Positions 1 through 3,615 of a stretch of DNA of 5,451 bases are shown one piece after another; positions within the stretch are counted from its first letter, which is position 1, and each line of letters starts with the position of its first letter. The DNA is taken from positions 1 to 5,451 of the forward strand of contig NZ_JAQFIQ010000070.1 of NCBI RefSeq assembly GCF_029504745.1, in the 5' to 3' direction. Made by a program: the position numbers and the translations under genes. Under the pieces are notes generated by a model that saw only the letters and a list, made by a program, of their open reading frames with translations, was not told the origin of the DNA and ran no database searches. The DNA is from Breznakia sp. PF5-3 (GTDB lineage: Bacteria > Bacillota_I > Bacilli_A > Erysipelotrichales > Erysipelotrichaceae).

Positions 1-137
1 TATCGACAAGAACTTTTAATGACAAAAAGATCATTTTCTTCATGATCTACTTTCAATTGCTTTGTATTCTCTCTCACTTCGTCTGCTATCCCTCGTCCTC
101 GGCGCTTCTGAGTAAGAAATAAACTTTGCTCCTCCAT
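1..137 (-). CDS. 5' portion (first 45 codons) of an unassigned protein; continues beyond the left window edge
   Basis: ATG at 135-137 (minus) is preceded by AGGAGA (146-151) with an 8-nt spacer. The frame is open to the window edge: MEEQSLFLTQKRRGRGIADEVRENTKQLKVDHEENDLFVIKSSCR... It is too short and partial to appear on the ORF track. I recognise no family. Confidence 0.45.
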   Translation of the reverse strand, partial: MEEQSLFLTQKRRGRGIADEVRENTKQLKVDHEENDLFVIKSSCR

Positions 138-145
138 AAAGTTCG

Positions 146-186
146 TCTCCTATTGTGCCTTTAAAATCTACAATTTCAGTATAGCA
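146..186 (-). promoter_or_regulatory. Candidate promoter and RBS of the gene at 1..137: extended -10 TGcTATACT (178-186) and SD AGGAGA (146-151)
   Basis: Minus strand reads TTTTTTTTGCTATACTgaaattgtagattttaaaggcacaatAGGAGAcgaactttATG. TGn plus TATACT is a 5/6 match to TATAAT. No good -35 hexamer: CACACA at 17 nt. Confidence 0.4.
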
Positions 187-251
187 AAAAAAACTACCCT
201 TGTGTGAAAACTGTGACATTTGGTCGGTGAAACGGTATTTTTGGTAGTATA

Positions 252-291
252 TTTAAAAAAACTACCACTTCTTATAAAGTTGGTAGTTTTC
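252..291 (-). terminator. Rho-independent terminator candidate about 100 nt downstream of the 769-aa gene
   Basis: Minus strand: AAAACTACCA (281-290), 13-nt loop, TGGTAGTTTT (258-267), running into a T7 tract (255-261). The core stem CTACCA/TGGTAG is only 6 bp with 3 G:C pairs, so the hairpin is modest. Confidence 0.5.
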
Positions 292-391
292 TATAATCTC
301 TATTTATTCGGGAGTGGAAAATAATCTGCCTTCTAAAAGCTACTTACACTCTTATCTAAAGCCCCTTTTTTATATCGCTACTTTTAATTTA

Positions 392-2701
392 CTATTCTTC
401 TTTTCTTGCAGCACTAACACAGATTACTCCAAGAAATGCTAATATCATAAATCCTACATACATCATAGGGTTTGCTGTATCTGCAGTTACTACTGATGAA
501 CTTGCTTGTTCTTTTTTTTGTGTTGTTGTAGTTTCGCTTGGTCTTGGTGCAATTTCATCTGATGTCTTATCTTCATTTGGTGTTTCTGGCGTGTTTGGTT
601 CTACTGGAGCTTCTATTTTAATCCACTTCGCATACAATGTTGTATCTCCACTTATTGTATCCTTTACGAAATCCCATTTATCCATAAATGTATTATCATC
701 TAAATACCACCCTTTAAATTCATATCCTTCTTTCGTTGGTTTTGTTGGTTCATTTATATAATCGCCTATGTTCATTCCTGTTTGTGAAGCAACAGAGCTT
801 CCTCCATTTGATTCAAAGATAGCTGTATACCTATTAATAGGTGTTTTTTCCTCCCAGATTGCATATAAAGTCATATTACTAGTTATAGTAAGTGTGTCTC
901 CTTCTTCATATTCAACACTTCCTTTAGCTGTTGTACTCCATCCTTTAAATGTATAACCTTCTTTCTCTAAATCACTTTTACCTAGTACTTTTACACTAGC
1001 GCCTTCATCATATGGACTAGCACTATCCACAGGAGCCGTTCCTTTTGTATTTTCATTCCCATCATATGTTATCGTATATGTAGTAATTGGTTCATTTGCT
1101 TGGACAACTAATTCAAACGTCATTGGTTTACTTCCTTCATAACTATGAACACTTGTATTATTAAGCCCTTCACTATCTTCACCTTGTGACCAAATATATA
1201 AACTATAGTTACCCTCTTCTAAATCCGAATTATCAATTGTAGATTTTATTCCTTTAATCTCTAACTCGTCAGGGTTTGCTCCTTTACTTGTTCCATAAGC
1301 GACAATTTCACGTTCTCCACTTGCATTGGTGCGAACAATTTTATAAGCTAAATAGTCACCTATATAATCATCACTTACTACTTTGAATGAACTTCCAGAT
1401 TCTAATGTTAATTTTGATGATGAATTAATTACTTCATCATTTGTACCTTTCAATGAATTCAATTCTACATTATCACTTACCAGCGTTAACTTATAGTTAG
1501 TTAAACTATCTTTTCCCACTGCATAATTCCAGAAAGAATCATTTTCTTTATCTGCTTGGAATTGATCTGATAGGGTTGGTGTTTCTCCAATTATTTCATG
1601 TGTCATTAAAATTGTTTTTGGATCTAACTTTGTAAGCGGTCGTACTCCTCCATTTGCATTACGTGCTGATGCGTGAGACACATTTCCTGTAGTTCCTGAT
1701 ACTACATATACTCGTATAGACCCACTATCTGTTCTCATCGCTTCTGGTGAGCGTGTCCAATATCCTGTGGTTGTTCCATATTTTGTTGTAGATTTAGCCA
1801 AATCTGAACCTGCTGGTCCTAAACTATAATCTGTAGAGCCATCTGTCGCAGATAATGCTCCATCTGCATTCCAAAACACTTTATTGTGTCTAGCATGCCC
1901 GCTATACGACATTATAGCACTTGGCAAATACACATACTGATTTGTCTGTGCCGTAGGCCATCCAGAAAATGCTGTAAAATATCCCGCAAAATAACTTTCC
2001 CATGTCCCTTGTGTATAACCTGAATTGTATGTTTTTATACTTCCTGGATTTTCTATCAACACTTCTGAATTAGTCGTTGTTCCTTGTGCAATGAAATAGG
2101 TAGATACTGTAGATGGTGTTATTGCATTTAGTTCTGCATTATAAATTGTAGAGCCATTATCTGTAATTTTGAAACTCCCTAAAAACCCATCTCTATCTGC
2201 TGGTTTTTTATATCCATATGCATTTGGATTCGATAGAACTGCTGAATTGGGTGCATAATAATCATACAAATCCTCTTCATTCAACCATTCTCTTACATAT
2301 GATGTATCGTATGCTGCTTCTCCCGAAAAAGTACTATAACTATAACTTTCAACACCAAATCCAGAAAATACAGATGTATCCAATACATATTCACTAAACA
2401 GTGTTAAACTACCATCCATAGTACTGCCAGTGACATTACCATCTTCACCTACTATTCTCCATAAAATAGGAGTTACTTCGCCCTCTTTATTAGATGCATT
2501 GGTTCTCATTTGACTATAAGAACCAAAGTAAACTCCATTATTTTCTAATTCATTAAAATTAACACCATCATACACTTCGCCTATTGCTGTTGAATCTTGC
2601 ACTGGCATGGATGCTAACATCTCACTTACACTAAAACTTGTTACTGCTATTATCATAGTCAAAGCAACTACGATTCTTCTTTTAATATTATTTTTTATCA
2701 T
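392..2701 (-). CDS. Secreted, C-terminally anchored multidomain surface protein (769 aa): signal peptide, DUF6273-like domain, uncharacterised beta-rich middle region, 2 x Flg_new repeat, Pro/Thr stalk, sorting-signal-like anchor
   Basis: Uninterrupted 769-codon ORF with ATG at 2699-2701 and TAG at 392-394. A GGGGG SD-like run (2713-2717) lies 11 nt upstream. The N-terminus MIKNNIKRRIVVALTMIIAVTSFSV has the basic n-region and hydrophobic core of a Sec signal peptide. The C-terminus is hydrophobic with an ARKEE tail. Confidence 0.9.
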   Translation of the reverse strand: MIKNNIKRRIVVALTMIIAVTSFSVSEMLASMPVQDSTAIGEVYDGVNFNELENNGVYFGSYSQMRTNASNKEGEVTPILWRIVGEDGNVTGSTMDGSLTLFSEYVLDTSVFSGFGVESYSYSTFSGEAAYDTSYVREWLNEEDLYDYYAPNSAVLSNPNAYGYKKPADRDGFLGSFKITDNGSTIYNAELNAITPSTVSTYFIAQGTTTNSEVLIENPGSIKTYNSGYTQGTWESYFAGYFTAFSGWPTAQTNQYVYLPSAIMSYSGHARHNKVFWNADGALSATDGSTDYSLGPAGSDLAKSTTKYGTTTGYWTRSPEAMRTDSGSIRVYVVSGTTGNVSHASARNANGGVRPLTKLDPKTILMTHEIIGETPTLSDQFQADKENDSFWNYAVGKDSLTNYKLTLVSDNVELNSLKGTNDEVINSSSKLTLESGSSFKVVSDDYIGDYLAYKIVRTNASGEREIVAYGTSKGANPDELEIKGIKSTIDNSDLEEGNYSLYIWSQGEDSEGLNNTSVHSYEGSKPMTFELVVQANEPITTYTITYDGNENTKGTAPVDSASPYDEGASVKVLGKSDLEKEGYTFKGWSTTAKGSVEYEEGDTLTITSNMTLYAIWEEKTPINRYTAIFESNGGSSVASQTGMNIGDYINEPTKPTKEGYEFKGWYLDDNTFMDKWDFVKDTISGDTTLYAKWIKIEAPVEPNTPETPNEDKTSDEIAPRPSETTTTQKKEQASSSVVTADTANPMMYVGFMILAFLGVICVSAARKEE
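395..493 (-). other. C-terminal sorting-signal-like region of the 769-aa protein (aa 737-769): VVTADTAN + hydrophobic helix + ARKEE
   Basis: Translation is VVTADTANPMMYVGFMILAFLGVICVSAARKEE*. The tripartite layout matches sortase substrates, but the pentapeptide is not LPXTG. Confidence 0.5.
617..829 (-). other. Listeria-Bacteroides repeat (Flg_new / List_Bact_rpt) copy 2, aa 625-695
   Basis: YTAIFESNGGSSVASQTGMNIGDYINEPTKPTKEGYEFKGWYLDDNTFMDKWDFVKDTISGDTTLYAKWIK matches the remembered family signature: Y.v.F..nGG......... P..P.keGY.F.GWy.d......fdf...i.gd.tLYAkW. Confidence 0.8.
851..1078 (-). other. Listeria-Bacteroides repeat (Flg_new) copy 1, aa 542-617
   Basis: YTITYDGNENTKGTAPVDSASPYDEGASVKVLGKSDLEKEGYTFKGWSTTAKGSVEYEEGDTLTITSNMTLYAIWEE. 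This is the Y.vtYdgNg...G..P.d...Y..g..v.vl....L.k.GYtF.GW......G..Y..Gd...i..n.tLYA.W variant of the same repeat. Confidence 0.75.
1622..2539 (-). other. DUF6273-like domain of unknown function, about aa 55-360
   Basis: Ordered motifs GVYFGSY, PILWRIV, LFSEYVLD, YVREWLN, YVYLPSA, GYWTRSPE and GGVRPLTKLD match my memory of the DUF6273 signature (FGsY..IeWrVL..WLN..vFLLS..WWLRSP..GVRPAl). No search was run. Confidence 0.55.
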
Positions 2702-2712
2702 ATTTTATTGCG

Positions 2713-2756
2713 CCCCCGTAATATTGATTTTAATAATTTGATACTATTTTATAGCA
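2713..2756 (-). promoter_or_regulatory. Candidate proximal promoter and RBS of the 769-aa gene: extended -10 TGcTATAAA (2748-2756) and GGGGG (2713-2717)
   Basis: Minus strand reads tagaTGcTATAAAatagtatcaaattattaaaatcaatattacGGGGGcgcaataaaatATG. No convincing -35 hexamer (AATAAA at 17 nt). The SD-to-ATG spacing of 11 nt is long. Confidence 0.25.
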
Positions 2757-2990
2757 TCTATTAATTAGTCTTTATTTTTTCTGTTTTCGTTCATTTTTTT
2801 TAAAAATAATGAAAACATTAAATACTTGTTTTATTAAAAAAGACATCATAATCTTAGCGTATCATTTTATTCACTTCGTGTAAATAGATTATTCTCAATC
2901 TTGAACACACTCGTGTAGAAGTTCAATATATTTTAATTCAATTCATTTTCCCATTTCTCCTCTTCCTATTTTAAACAGCAAAAAAATTCA

Positions 2991-3085
2991 TCTCCTATTG
3001 GCCTTTAAAATCTACATTTTTAGTATAGCAAAAAAACTACCACTTCTTACAAAGTTGGTAGTTTTCTACAATCTCTATTTATTCG
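2991..3085. repeat. Copy B (uninterrupted, 95 nt) of the intergenic module; overlaps the last 7 nt of the lipoprotein CDS
   Basis: On the minus strand it contains ..C GAA TAA (lipoprotein end), the hairpin AAAACTACCA-N13-TGGTAGTTTT plus T7, TGcTATACT (3022-3030), and AGGAGA (2991-2996). That AGGAGA is followed by no real ORF, only the MNFFAV* and MGK* mini-frames. Confidence 0.85.
3028..3066 (-). terminator. Rho-independent terminator candidate of the lipoprotein gene
   Basis: Begins 13 nt after the TAA at 3079-3081. Arms are at 3056-3065 and 3033-3042 with a 13-nt loop, followed by T7 (complement of A-run 3030-3036). The hairpin is nearly identical to the one at 252-291. Confidence 0.55.
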
Positions 3086-3534
3086 ACTTTTCCACATTCG
3101 TATCCAGATGCTTTAAGATCCTTTACTATCTTTTTCACATCTTTGTAATTATCAAGGCCAAGATTTTTCATATCCCCTTTACTTACTTTTGAGATATCTG
3201 CTTCAACCTTTACAGATAATTTCTTTTTCTTCTTATCTATTGAAATATCAAAGGTTAATCCTTTTTGATCAATATCAGGATTTACATAGTCTGCTTCAAA
3301 TAATTTTTCTAATTCTTCAACATCATGTTCTTCGAACAAATAATCAGCCAAAGCTGCTTCTTTTGTAATGATGATTTTTTCTGCTTTCTTATCACCATCG
3401 TATTCAACTTTCACAATTTCTTTTGACTGTGAGTCTCCATAATCTAATTCACAGGTAACATCTGCCCCGCTATTACCTCCACTACATGCTGCCAACAACA
3501 GCACGAATGCAAACATCATTCCAACTTTTTTCAT
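3079..3534 (-). CDS. Small lipoprotein (151 aa), possibly YehR/DUF1307-like
   Basis: ATG at 3532-3534 has AGGAGG (3541-3546) 6 nt upstream; TAA at 3079-3081. MKKVGMMFAFVLLLAAC|SGG is a type II signal peptide with lipobox L-A-A-C (Cys17 at 3484-3486). The mature part (~134 aa) is Lys/Glu/Asp-rich. Its size and the C-terminal pattern (LSVKVEADISKVS..LGL......K.IVKDLKASGYE) resemble remembered DUF1307 lipoproteins; the confidence value is for the CDS, and the family call is about 0.4. Confidence 0.9.
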   Translation of the reverse strand: MKKVGMMFAFVLLLAACSGGNSGADVTCELDYGDSQSKEIVKVEYDGDKKAEKIIITKEAALADYLFEEHDVEELEKLFEADYVNPDIDQKGLTFDISIDKKKKKLSVKVEADISKVSKGDMKNLGLDNYKDVKKIVKDLKASGYECGKVE

Positions 3535-3540
3535 TCTAAT

Positions 3541-3593
3541 CCTCCTAGGAATCTAATCTCTTCTATAAAAACAAGAAAGCGAAGAAATGTCAA
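3541..3593 (-). promoter_or_regulatory. Candidate lipoprotein promoter and RBS: -35 TTGACA (3588-3593), 17-nt spacer containing TGn, -10 TTTTAT (3565-3570), SD AGGAGG (3541-3546)
   Basis: Minus strand reads TTGACAtttcttcgctttctTGtTTTTATagaagagattagattcctAGGAGGattagaATG. The -35 is perfect, the spacer is 17 nt, the -10 is extended by TG, and the -10 hexamer matches 4/6. Confidence 0.4.
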
Positions 3594-3605
3594 TGACATT
3601 TCTTC
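3566..3605 (-). terminator. Rho-independent terminator of the repeat-rich surface-protein gene
   Basis: GAAGAAATGTC-aat-GACATTTCTTC (3581-3605) forms a perfect 11-bp stem starting 10 nt after the TAA at 3616-3618. On the minus strand it is followed by gcTTTcTTgTTTTTa. Confidence 0.65.
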
Positions 3606-3615
3606 ACACTTCCTA

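Larger units (their letters stand above)
146..310. repeat. Copy A of a 95-nt intergenic module (terminator hairpin + extended -10 + leader + SD), interrupted by a 68-nt insertion
   Basis: 146-198 aligns to 2991-3041 (2 substitutions, 2 one-base indels). 255-310 aligns to 3030-3085 (2 substitutions in 56 nt). Flanking sequence outside these blocks is unrelated. Confidence 0.85.

Noticed and set aside
314-321. GTGGAAAA just past the copy-A boundary is the reverse complement of TTTTCCAC (3088-3095) just past the copy-B boundary
   Set aside because: It is a single 8-mer in AT-rich DNA at slightly different offsets (+4 versus +3). It is compatible with chance and the inverted similarity does not extend further.
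768-956. 62-aa + strand ORF from the track
   Set aside because: It lies entirely antisense to the well-supported 769-aa CDS, within the Flg_new repeats. It has no SD, and its composition (L/V/S/P-rich) is typical of a shadow frame.
1622-1770. YWTRSP...GGVRP region as a diversity-generating retroelement variable region (CLec-like tail)
   Set aside because: There is no template-repeat copy of this segment anywhere in the window, no reverse transcriptase, and no adenine-specific mismatch pattern to evaluate. This was pure analogy.
2809-2883. + strand 24-codon ORF MKTLNTCFIKKDIILAYHFIHFV* in the leader region
   Set aside because: It has no SD (tttttaaaaataATG) and sits in AT-rich DNA where short ORFs arise by chance. 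No + strand promoter or terminator context is visible.
2907-2916. ACAC-TC-GTGT inverted repeat upstream of the 769-aa gene as an operator
   Set aside because: The arms are only 4 bp, they do not extend, and there is no second copy. This is too weak to call.
186-3066. Recurring ACTACC/GGTAGT hairpin (2.5 copies) as a possible CRISPR-like or REP array
   Set aside because: The copies are not regularly spaced and there are no unique spacers of constant length. Each complete copy sits exactly where a terminator is expected downstream of a gene, so this is not an array.
146-3085. Cassette as a classical IS or transposon
   Set aside because: There is no transposase, integrase or recombinase ORF in any frame and no terminal inverted repeats. 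The flanking direct repeats are ~95 nt, far longer than transposition target duplications. Homologous recombination is the simpler explanation.
2998-3192. 64-aa + strand ORF spanning module copy B and the lipoprotein 3' end
   Set aside because: It starts inside the repeated intergenic module and runs antisense through a terminator hairpin and the lipoprotein CDS. It has no SD, and its Phe/Ile/Tyr/Lys-rich translation is what an AT-rich antisense frame produces.
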